From Rebecca billardiae RCC1528 (Eukaryota; Protista; Haptophyta), in the NCBI GenBank assembly GCA_965240325.2, contig OZ251238.1:124001-188000 (forward strand): a stretch of DNA of 64,000 nt. The letters are read 5' to 3'. Shown one piece after another: positions 55,171 to 64,000 of this stretch; the stretch's first letter is position 1, and every line of letters starts with the position of its first letter. Under the pieces are notes generated by a model. That model was not told where the DNA came from. It did not search any database and worked only from the letters and a program-made list of their open reading frames with translations. A program made the position numbers and the translations under genes.

Positions 55171-56241
55171 ATGGGCGCGTCGCGCGGCGCGGACGAGGCG
55201 GCCCTCGAGCTGCCACCGGGGCTGCACGCGTACGTGCAGCACGACCGGCTGCTCGTGCTGCGCGCCGACGACCTCGACCGCAACGTCGGCCCGTGGCGCC
55301 AGCACGGCGCCGCGCTGGCCGGCATCATCGACACGCTCGGCTACCACTCGGCCGTGGCGCAGGAGCTGCGCAACGCGCGGCGCGGCGGCGCAGTCGCGCC
55401 CATCACGTCGGTCCCACAGCTCAGGTCCACCGGCCAGGTCCTCTTCATCTGGCTCGACTGCCGCCGCGCCGCGCCGCCGCCGCCGCCGCCGCCGCCGCAA
55501 CTGCCCGCGCCGGGCGGCGCGCCGGCCGAGCACGCCGCCGCCGCGGGCGCGGAGGAGCACGTCGGCGCGCTGCTCGGCGGCGGCGGCGCGGCGGCGTCGG
55601 TGTCATACCTCGCGATCGGCCTGCTCAAGGTCGGGCGCAAGACGCTCTTCCTCATGCCGCCGATGGGCGGCGGCCTGCGCGAGGTGTGGGCGCAGTGCGT
55701 GCTCGACTTCTTCGTCTTGGAGCGCGCCCAGCGAAGGGGCGTGGGGCGGGAGCTGTTCGAGGCGATGCTCGAGGTGCTCGACGCGCGGCCGGAGGGGCTG
55801 TGCTACGACCGGCCGTCGCCCAAGCTCCTCGCCTTCCTCCGCCGGCACTACGCCCTCGCCAACGCCGTGCCGCAGACGAACAACTACTGCGTGTTCGCTG
55901 CCTTCTTCTCCGAGCTGCCGCCCCCCAGGAGACACGTGCGTGCGTGCGTGGACTGCGTGGCGCCGCGCACGCTGCACGCCCGCCGCGTGCGCGCACGGCA
56001 CAGCAGACGCACGCGCGAGGGGAAGGGAGGGCCTGCGAGTGCGCGCGGATGGCGGTGCTGGTGCCGGGGCACGGCGCGCGCGCGGCGCGTGAGCGCGCCC
56101 CTCGCCCTCTCGCCCCGGCCCCTCGCCCCCGCCGCCGCCCCCTGCCCGCAGGAGCACGCCAGCATCAACATGCGCCCGCTCTCCGCGCGCGGCGCCCCGC
56201 AGCAGCAGCGCGGCCCGCCGCTGCGTGGGCGGCCCTTCTGA
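55171..56241 (+). CDS. ATAT1: Alpha-tubulin N-acetyltransferase (MEC-17)
   Basis: IIDTLG..SA.AQ.L, PITS, GLLKVGRKTLFL, CVLDFFV...QRRGVGRELF, DRPSPKLLAFLRRHY, PQTNNY; probable intron 55936-56151. Confidence 0.92.
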   Translation: MGASRGADEAALELPPGLHAYVQHDRLLVLRADDLDRNVGPWRQHGAALAGIIDTLGYHSAVAQELRNARRGGAVAPITSVPQLRSTGQVLFIWLDCRRAAPPPPPPPPQLPAPGGAPAEHAAAAGAEEHVGALLGGGGAAASVSYLAIGLLKVGRKTLFLMPPMGGGLREVWAQCVLDFFVLERAQRRGVGRELFEAMLEVLDARPEGLCYDRPSPKLLAFLRRHYALANAVPQTNNYCVFAAFFSELPPPRRHVRACVDCVAPRTLHARRVRARHSRRTREGKGGPASARGWRCWCRGTARARRVSAPLALSPRPLAPAAAPCPQEHASINMRPLSARGAPQQQRGPPLRGRPF

Positions 56242-57087
56242 GGAGCGCCTGCGCGGTGGCACGCCGCCCTCGAGGAGAGTGACGGACGACCGGCGGTCGC
56301 CCTGTCGGGCTGTCGGGCGGTCGGCGCGCGATCCGAGCGGTCACGGCCAGGTCAAGGCCGTCAAGGTAGGCTTCGTCAAATATACTATATATATTATAAT
56401 AAGGCGGAGTGATCCTGACACTAAGCCACTGCGCGCGATGATGATGTAGCAGACATGATACATGCTGCTACTGTATATCGCGTCATAAATCATCATAAGG
56501 ACGCCACCAGACGCCCAGACGGCAGCACCAGCGGCAGCAGTGGGCGAGTGGCCGGCGGCAGCGCGTGGACCCGCGTGGTCCCGTGGACCGCACGCTGACG
56601 GACTCACTGACGCGGCACGGCCTCAGGCCCACGGTCGTCACGGGCGCAGACACGGCGGAGGTTGCCGCCGAGACAGACGGCGCCGCCCACGCCGCCGCCC
56701 GCAGCCCCCATGACGCGGGCGGACTCGACCACCACGCAGCACGCTGCGTAAGTCGGGCTCCGCACGACCCGTCGTCAAGCGGTGCACGCCGGCGCCAGGC
56801 TGAGGCGCCAGGCTGAGGCGCCAGGCTGAGGCAGGCTGAGGCCCGCACACGCCCCGATCAATCGGATCAAGCGCGGACGAGCCGCCCGCACGCGGCCGAC
56901 CAAAGCGCGCAAGGACCAGCGCGCCAGCGCGCGAGCGGGCGCGTGGCGGCGCGCGCACGGCTACTGCCCGAGCGAGCAAGAGGCCAGAGGGCCAGAGGGC
57001 CGGCCGCCTCGCCCGGCAGTCGAGGGCGGCGGCTCTGCTGTGCCACCCGCGCCCGCGCCAAGCGCCCGCCGCCGCCGCCGAGCACGC

Positions 57088-58585
57088 TCAGCCGTCGGCG
57101 AACGGCCCGCCCGCTTCACTCGAGCGCAGCGGCGTCCCGAACGGCTCTGGCGGCGGCGGCTCCGCGCCGTCGGCCGGCGGCGGCAGCCCTGAGCGCTGCT
57201 CCGCGCCGCCGGAGGCCGCGGCCTCGGGCGGCGGCGGCGAGGTCTGCCACGGCGGCGGCGGGACGACGCCGACGGCGCCGACGGCGCCGACGGCGCTGAC
57301 GGCGGGCGGCGCCCGCGCCTCGGGGTCGGCGTACACCGGGTCGTCCGACGCCGGCGCGCGCGCGCCGCCGCCCCGCAGCGGCGCGAGCTGCGCGCGCAGC
57401 GCACCGCACGTGCGCTCGTGCGTGGCCGCGTACGCGCACACTGGCAGCAGCACGGCGCACAGCCCCCACAGCAGCAGCATCGCGCCGCGCCCGCCCTTGC
57501 CTGCACGCCGGACGCACGAGCCGCGCGCGGCGCGAGCGGGGCGCGGGCGGGGGCGAGTGCCGCGGCTGAGCGCGCGCGCACGCGCGGCGACGTGCCGGCG
57601 GCGGCCATGCGTGTCCCCGTGCGCATCCCCATGCGCGTGGTGGTCTCAGCCCTCGGGACAGCGCGGCTGGGGGCGGCGCGCCGCGGCGCGCGCACACACC
57701 TTTCGATGGGGGCTCGCCGCCGCCCACGTCGCCGCCGCCGGCGGTGTCGCCCGTGCCGCCGTGGCCGTTGCTCCCGGCGAACGGCTCGTACGGCGTGGGC
57801 GGCGGGCTCGGCGGCTGCGCCACGAAGTTCATCGTCTCGAAGATGTCGTAGCCGTACAGCTTGGTCTGCGGCAGCATCGGGTCGAGCATGCGCTCCAGCT
57901 GCTTGTTCGAGCAGGCAAAGCACTCGCCCTTCTCGGCGGAGAAGGAGAAGTAGCGCGTGGCGCCGCCGACGGCGAGGTAGCAGGCGTACGCGGACTTGAC
58001 GTGCAGCGCGATCGGCGCGCCGCACCCCAGGTCGTGCACGCGCAGCCGGAAGGGCGCGGGCGGGTACGGCGGCGGCGGCGGCAGCGGCGGCTGCGCGGGC
58101 GGCGGACTGGCCGGCGGGCTCGGTGAGGGCGAGGGCGGTGGGCTCGGCGGCGGCGGGTGCGGCGAGGGCAGGGCGGGCGGCGGGGGCGAGAGCGTCGTCC
58201 GCCCGTCCACGCGGTAGATGTTGTACTCCGGCTGCGCCTTGCGGTCCACCACGTCCTCGGCGTCGCACAGGAAGCAGAGCGGCAGGTCGCCCGGCCAGCC
58301 GTACGCAAAGAAGGGCTTCCCCTGCGTGCCCGCGATGGTGCGGCACTCGGAAAGGCCGGCGGCGCCCTTGAGCTGCGGCGCGAGGGGCACCACGTTGTCG
58401 CCGCACCCCGCGCGCGGGATCACCGCCGACGGGTCGAGCGGCGGCAGCGGCGGCGGCGGCGAGGGCGAGGGCGATGGGGCGGGCCCGCGGCTCCGACGGC
58501 CGGCGCTGACCGGGGCGATGGCGGCGAGCACGAGGGCGTGCACGAGGAGAGCGCGCGGCACACGTGCCGCCACCCGCCCGCTCAT
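57088..58585 (-). CDS. Hypothetical type I membrane protein with Pro-rich linkers and small Cys-containing domains
   Basis: Signal peptide, SPPPP tracts, intron 57501-57699 joins to TM segment MLLLWGLCAVLLPVCAYA. Confidence 0.65.
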
Positions 58586-58835
58586 CACGCCCCACCCGGC
58601 ACGCGCCCAGGAGCGCTGGCTGATCGAGCGCGAAGGACGCGCGAACGACACGGCAGCCGACGCCGACCAGTGGCGTGTGCTCCTCGCGCGCTGAGCAGCC
58701 AGCCGCCTGGACGGCCTGCCCGCGCGGCGCCGGACTCGCCGTCGCCTTGGCCCGGACGGGTGGAAAGTCAACCGCATTCCGCCGTTATGAATGTCGTGTA
58801 CTAGGACCCTCGATCAACCCGCATTTTACGCTGTT

Positions 58836-58906
58836 GACGGCATGGTGTAGTGGTAGCATACTTGCCCTCCAAGCAAGTGGCAGGGGATCGAACCCCCTTG
58901 TCGTCA
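58836..58906 (+). tRNA. tRNA-Gly(TCC)-like gene, atypical
   Basis: 71-nt cloverleaf: acceptor GACGGCA/TGTCGTC+A73, A-box TGGTGTAGTGG, anticodon stem CTTGC/GCAAG with loop CCTCCAA, T stem AGGGG/CCCCT with loop ATCGAAC; TTTT two bases downstream. Confidence 0.8.
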
Positions 58907-59529
58907 CGTTTTGCGGCGACGTCGGCCGCCTCTCCTCGCGGCCGCCCGCTCGCCCTGCGTGTCGCATCATCCTCCGTGATGGCTGCGCGCACTCTGTAGA
59001 TTGGCCGGTTGAACAGTTGATGGGGCCACCCGCGCCCGCCGCCGTCGCAGGCGCCGCGGCGTTAATTAAGCTCGGCCGCGCGAGTCCCGAGCCGCGCGGA
59101 CGGCCGGACGCGGCCTCCGCGACTTTACGCATTAGCTGCCGCTGTGCAGCACACTGCGGATGCTGGGAGGTCGGCGGCCGCTCGCTCGCTCCGATCGCGG
59201 GGCATTCTGCGATCTGCGCACCACCGTACAACGTCCACCAGCCGCACAGGGCAGCCGCGCCCACTACTGGCTCACTAGATCGGGCCCCGCGCGAGGCGCT
59301 GTCGGGCCTGTCGCAGTGCGATGAAGCACGCGCGCGTGACCTACTGGCTACTGACCTCAGCGACGCTCGTCCACACGCTCCGGAGTGCTGGCTACACGCG
59401 CTTCAGCCGAACGGGCGCTCAGACGAGGCCAGTTGTCGCCCGTCCCGGCCCGAGAGCGCGGCAACTACCCTGATCACTGATTGATGGGCACCGCCGCATT
59501 TTTGCGCCGGCCACCGATCGTCAGGAGCA

Positions 59530-60567
59530 ATGGCCGCCGGCATGCGGGTGCTGTCGACGGCGACCTCCGCGGCGTCGGAGCTCGTGCAGGTGGAGCGTCG
59601 GGGGGCGCACGTCGCGGTGGTGACGCTGAACCGGCCGGCCAAGCTCAACGCGCTGAGCGTGCCCATGTTCCGCGCGATCCGGGACGCGGCCGCGCGCGTG
59701 CGCGCCGAGCGCGACGTGCGCGCCGTCGTGCTGCGCGGCGCTGGCCGCGCCTTCTGCGCGGGGCTCGACGTCAAGTCGCTGATGCGCGACCCGTTCGGCA
59801 CGCCCAGCGCGATCGATGAGCTCCTCACCACCGACCGTGACACCGGCGCGACGATCGCGCAGCAGGTGTGCGTCGCGTGGCGCTCGCTGCCCGCGCCTGT
59901 GATTGCGGTCGTGCACGGCGCCACGTTCGGCGGCGGGCTGCAGCTCGCGCTCGGCGCGGACTTCCGCTTCGGCGCGGAGGACGCGAAGCTCTCCGTGATG
60001 GAGTCCAAGTGGGGCCTCGTCCCCGACATGGGCGGCACCCTCGCGCTGCGCGAGCTCGTCCGCCTCGACGTGGCGCTCGAGCTGGCGATGAGCGCGCGCA
60101 CGGTGGGCGCGCACGAGGCGGTGCAGCTTGGGCTGCTCACGCGCGTGTGCGCGCAGCCGGAGGCCGAGGCGTTCGCGCTCGCGGACGCGCTCGCGGAGCG
60201 CTCGCCCGACTGCATCGCCGCCACCAAGGCCCTCTTCCGCGCCAACTACGCGCACGGCGCGGGCGCGGACGAGCGCGCCTCCCTCGAGCGCGAGGCGCGG
60301 CTGCAGCGCGCGCTGCTGGGCAAGTGGAACCAGCTGATCGCCTCGGCCAAGGGCGCGGGGCTGCCGCTGGCGGGGCAGCTGGCGTATCTCACGCGGGCCG
60401 CGGGCTGGGCCGACGAGCTCGCCCCCGCGCCCTCCGCTGCCGACGCCGACGTCGCTCAGCCGGAGGAGGCGGAGGCGGAGCAGCAGCGCGACCCAGGCAG
60501 CGACGCGGCCGACGCGCGCGGCGCGGACACGGGCAGTGGCGCGGCGCGGCCCAATGGCAATATGTAG
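59530..60567 (+). CDS. Enoyl-CoA hydratase/isomerase (crotonase) family protein
   Basis: VTLNRPAKLNAL, GRAFCAGLD, PVIAVVHGATFGGGLQLALGADFR, MESKWGLVPDMGG. Confidence 0.95.
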   Translation: MAAGMRVLSTATSAASELVQVERRGAHVAVVTLNRPAKLNALSVPMFRAIRDAAARVRAERDVRAVVLRGAGRAFCAGLDVKSLMRDPFGTPSAIDELLTTDRDTGATIAQQVCVAWRSLPAPVIAVVHGATFGGGLQLALGADFRFGAEDAKLSVMESKWGLVPDMGGTLALRELVRLDVALELAMSARTVGAHEAVQLGLLTRVCAQPEAEAFALADALAERSPDCIAATKALFRANYAHGAGADERASLEREARLQRALLGKWNQLIASAKGAGLPLAGQLAYLTRAAGWADELAPAPSAADADVAQPEEAEAEQQRDPGSDAADARGADTGSGAARPNGNM

Positions 60568-61011
60568 GTCTGACTGTCAGCAGGCGCGCGTGTTATTACC
60601 TGCTGGCAGCGGGCGCCGCACGTGCACGCACGCGTCTCCGTGGCTGAGTTGCCAGCTACTGTACGCGCGAGCACTGCCAGCACGAATCGGGCCGCCGGCT
60701 GACACGCCATGCGTGACACGAGCCAGGTGGTCGGTGGACGAGGTCGTACATTACTGTACGATCATACAGTCGTCGTGTTGTAGTCAATGTCGTAGTACTT
60801 CACGTTCGCCCTGCCCGCGGCCCGCGCGGCGCCGATTGCAAACGACTCGCCCGCCGCCGGCTGGTCGCTCCCACGGCCGGGCCGAGCGGCACGAGGCATC
60901 ACGTGGCGCCGGTCGGCGAGCGCCCCGGCCCGCGCGCGAGCTGCTCGACGCACGCACCGGCCGAGCTGAGGGCGCGGGCGCAGGCGCTGGCCCACGCTGT
61001 GCGTCGCTCCG

Positions 61012-62526
61012 ATGGCTGGCTGCGCCCTCCGCTGCGCGCGGCTCGCCATCGTGCCCGTCGCCGCGATCGTCCTCGGCGTGTTTGGCGCGGAGCCGCGGCA
61101 GCAGCGGGAGCGTTTCACGGTGTTCACGCGGCTACACTACGACATGGCGTACCTGCACCACTTCGTCGACTGGTACGTCGGCCTCGGCTTCGACCGCGTC
61201 GTCGCGGTGCAGTCGGACACGGAGCTTGGCAACCGGTACGCGCCCCACCCGTCCGGCAAGCTGCGGATCGTCGCGTCGAAGAAGGACCGGGGCGACGCGC
61301 TGCTCCGGATGCGGACGTTCAGCAGGCACATCCTCACCAACAGCCCGCGCGACTGGATCCTGGCGGTGGACTCGGACGAGTTCCTCGTGCTCTCGCGGCC
61401 GACGATCCAGCAGCACTTGGACGCGCTGCGAGCGGGGCGGCCGGCGCACGAGCAGCGCAGGCTCGTGTCGATGCAGTTCCGCTGGGCGGTCGCGCACCAC
61501 GCGCGGCCGTACTGCGCGCCGTCGATGGCGCCGGCCATCCTCACCGCGCACCCCGTGCAGGGCCGCTTCCTCCGGCAGATGGCGCGCGCAGACGCCGTGC
61601 ACCAGCTGTACGACTCACACCGCTTTGCGCTGCGCAAGGAGGGCGGCGGCAAGGAGGGCGGCGAGTACTACAGCGCGTTCGAGGGCGCGGAGGCGGCTGT
61701 GGCGTCGGCGGAGCGGCGCACGAGGGCCGCGGTGGCGCACAGCCGCGCCGCCTTCGCCGACTCGGCGGTGCTGCACGTCGCCACGCGCTCGCTCGCCAAC
61801 GCGCTCACGAAGCACCTCGCGCACGCGCACGCCGTCGCCGCGCGCCCGGCCAACGAGTCGCGGGCGCACGTTGGCGCGCGCGTGTTCGAGGCGCAGTACA
61901 ACCTCTCGACCGCGGGGCTGGTGGGGCTGGTGCACGAGCTCGGTGCGCGCTCGCCGCGGCCGCCTGGGGCGGACGCCGCCGAGCGCCCAGTCGGCCAGTC
62001 CGCGGCCGCTCGGGACTCGGCGCAGCACGTGGCGCGCGTGGCGCGCTTTGTGCGCGCGCTTGGACCCAAGGGCTGCGACGCGTTCGCCGGGGCGGCCTCC
62101 CTGCTGGACGGCGACCGGGCGGCGTGGGACTGCGGCTACCAGCCCGCGGAGCTGAGCGCACGGCTGCGCCGGCTGCTCGAGACCTCGAACGTGCCGCGGG
62201 AGCAGCCGCTGTGCGACGCCGAGCAGGAGAAGCGTGCGCTGCGCGCGCTGCTCGGCAAGGAGGGCGTGGCCTTGCACGAGTTTGAGGCCTTCGCGGCGCT
62301 GCTCGCTGACGCGTACGCCAACGTGCTCGGCGCCGCGCGGCGAAACCCGTTCGCGCCCGTCCCAGCGCAGCTCAGCGCGGTCTGCGCAGCCGACTCAGTG
62401 CCGGGCACCCGCGGCGCGCCGCCATCATCGTCGTCGTCGTCGCCTTCCGCATGGCCCACGCGAAACCCGTCCAGGTGCACCGCGGGGCACCTTGGCATTG
62501 CGGCCAATGGGTCGAGGGTGCCCTGA
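61012..62526 (+). CDS. Type II membrane glycosyltransferase (GT2/GT92-like, DxD motif)
   Basis: Signal anchor; YLHHFVDWYVGLGFDRV, DWILAVDSDEFL. Confidence 0.72.
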   Translation: MAGCALRCARLAIVPVAAIVLGVFGAEPRQQRERFTVFTRLHYDMAYLHHFVDWYVGLGFDRVVAVQSDTELGNRYAPHPSGKLRIVASKKDRGDALLRMRTFSRHILTNSPRDWILAVDSDEFLVLSRPTIQQHLDALRAGRPAHEQRRLVSMQFRWAVAHHARPYCAPSMAPAILTAHPVQGRFLRQMARADAVHQLYDSHRFALRKEGGGKEGGEYYSAFEGAEAAVASAERRTRAAVAHSRAAFADSAVLHVATRSLANALTKHLAHAHAVAARPANESRAHVGARVFEAQYNLSTAGLVGLVHELGARSPRPPGADAAERPVGQSAAARDSAQHVARVARFVRALGPKGCDAFAGAASLLDGDRAAWDCGYQPAELSARLRRLLETSNVPREQPLCDAEQEKRALRALLGKEGVALHEFEAFAALLADAYANVLGAARRNPFAPVPAQLSAVCAADSVPGTRGAPPSSSSSSPSAWPTRNPSRCTAGHLGIAANGSRVP

Positions 62527-62982
62527 AGAGAGTATGATCACAGGCCGTCTCGCCAGCACCGATGCGCATCGGTCTCAAGAAGTTTTCAACGGACTGTGTC
62601 TGTGACACTGACTGTCCGAAGACGAAGAGTGGCCGCCGCGAGGCCGGGACCCGAGACCGGTGGCCCGCACGGCGGAGTGAGCGACTGCCGCCGCGCCGGC
62701 ATGAAGTTGACACGCAAGTCTGGCGTGCAGTCAGAGCCGCGCAGCCAGCCGCCTGGAAATGACGGGCGTATCCATCGCCTTAGCGCGACAATCGCCTGCC
62801 GCCACGTCCGCGACGTCCGCGTGCGACGCCATTGCTATCCGATTCGGTGCCTTCGCTGCGGAAGCTCAGAAAATCTACGACTCGACGCGTTCTTGCAATC
62901 TTGCAATGCAGGTGAACCCGCGTTCCGGAATCCGGACTCATCACCCGTCCAGCGCTATTCGAGCCTCTGGCGGTTGCCGGCG

Positions 62983-63843
62983 ATGGCTGAGGACCGCGCG
63001 CCACCCACGACGGAGGGCGAGGACGACGTCGAAGCGGAGGCCGCCTCGGTGAGCGAAGCGCTCGGCGCGCAGCTGAAGGAGCTCTCCGCCCATATCGCCG
63101 CCGATCGCGCGCTCCTCGACGGGCTGAGCGAGCTTTCCGTCTCGGCTGAGGCGTCTCGCGCCGCGAGCGCGGAGCACCGCGCTGCTGCAGAGCAGTTGCT
63201 ACGAGCCGTCGACAGCGAGCTGAGTGGGCTGCGCAGTGAGCTCGCGAGTGCGCTGAGGCGCGCGTCGGATTCGGAGGCGGACACGCAGCGGCTGGCGGAC
63301 GAGCTCGCGGCCGTGCACGCCGAGGCGGCAAGCGCAGCGGCGTCACGCGGCGAGGCGGAGCAGGCGGCGGCGGCTGAGCGACATGCGGCGCAGCAAGCCG
63401 CCGCACGCGGTGACGCGGAGCGCTCACAGCTGCGGCAGGCGCTCGCAGACGCCCGGAGAGGCTTGGAGGAGGAGCGGGCGCGGGCGAGTGCCGAGGCCGC
63501 GCGGGCATCACGCGCTGAGGCAGTGGCCGATGGCGCGCGCCGTGAGGCGGCAGCGGAGCGCGCAAGGGCGGAGCAGGCTGCCCGCGCCGCCGCCGAGGCG
63601 CAGGAAGGGGCGCAGCGGCTGAAAGCGGAGGCGAAGAGCGCAAAGAAGGCGCTCGTCGAGATCACGCGCGACGCCAAGCTCGCGCGCGACGAGTGCGAGC
63701 GCGTGCGTCGGCGCAACAGCCAGCTGGAGCAGGAGGTGGGCGCAATCCGCGCGCTGCTCGCAGACCTCGAGGGTGGCACCGGCTCCTTCGACGAGGTGAT
63801 TGACCACCTTAACGACATGGAGCGTATCGCCGTGAAGATGTGA
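62983..63843 (+). CDS. Hypothetical coiled-coil protein
   Basis: Glu/Ala/Arg heptad-rich ORF from MAEDRAPP to ERIAVKM. Confidence 0.7.
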   Translation: MAEDRAPPTTEGEDDVEAEAASVSEALGAQLKELSAHIAADRALLDGLSELSVSAEASRAASAEHRAAAEQLLRAVDSELSGLRSELASALRRASDSEADTQRLADELAAVHAEAASAAASRGEAEQAAAAERHAAQQAAARGDAERSQLRQALADARRGLEEERARASAEAARASRAEAVADGARREAAAERARAEQAARAAAEAQEGAQRLKAEAKSAKKALVEITRDAKLARDECERVRRRNSQLEQEVGAIRALLADLEGGTGSFDEVIDHLNDMERIAVKM

Positions 63844-64000
63844 CTGGGCTGGCCGGCTGCCGCGCATCCATCGCGACCCCGTCAGGCTGCGAGAGGCCGT
63901 GTGGCACTCACCTCCACATGTCGCCACAGCGGCGGGGCCCGCGGCGGGTTCTTAATGCGGTTCGGGCCGTTCGGCCGGTGGCTCGCGGTCCGCCGTCGGA

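Noticed and set aside
49098-56241. WDR17 and ATAT1 head-to-head as a ciliary module
   Set aside because: Plausible bidirectional promoter (about 360 bp), but divergent pairs are common in this compact genome and no shared motif was identified.
56790-56842. Three copies of the 13-mer GGCGCCAGGCTGA
   Set aside because: Ordinary minisatellite slippage.

Overview
Extremely GC-rich eukaryotic nuclear DNA: short GT-AG introns full of (GCGCG)n, Ala/Gly/Pro/Arg-rich proteins and signal-peptide-bearing plastid-type enzymes. It is most consistent with a haptophyte alga of the Diacronema/Pavlova type (inference). Most long ORFs in the track are GC artefacts. About 20 real genes can be read: a very divergent cytoplasmic dynein-1 heavy chain (5' part), GST, a cytochrome b5-IDO-pseudoIDO fusion, a sulfotransferase-like protein, CRTAC1/FG-GAP, a PC-esterase-like protein, PhyH dioxygenase, an NmrA-like reductase, a membrane-anchored cofilin, an SLC4 transporter, a Fer4 protein, a degenerate polyprenyl synthase, glycosyltransferases, an EEP hydrolase, a TIGR04168 phosphoesterase, WDR17, alpha-tubulin acetyltransferase and enoyl-CoA hydratase. 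There is also one atypical tRNA. The intergenic DNA holds at least six structurally distinct non-autonomous transposons. Highlights: (1) a 4-kb composite mariner-type unit (E-U-CAG-U-E) with a TA duplication only at the outer ends and an apparent excision footprint in the middle; (2) a miniature split-direct-repeat (Ngaro/PAT/TOC1-like) element; (3) a possibly self-reducing b5-IDO enzyme with a dead second IDO domain; (4) a tRNA with a Gly-type body but non-Gly acceptor stem, C33 and A54. All protein calls come from motif recognition by eye; no database search was run.
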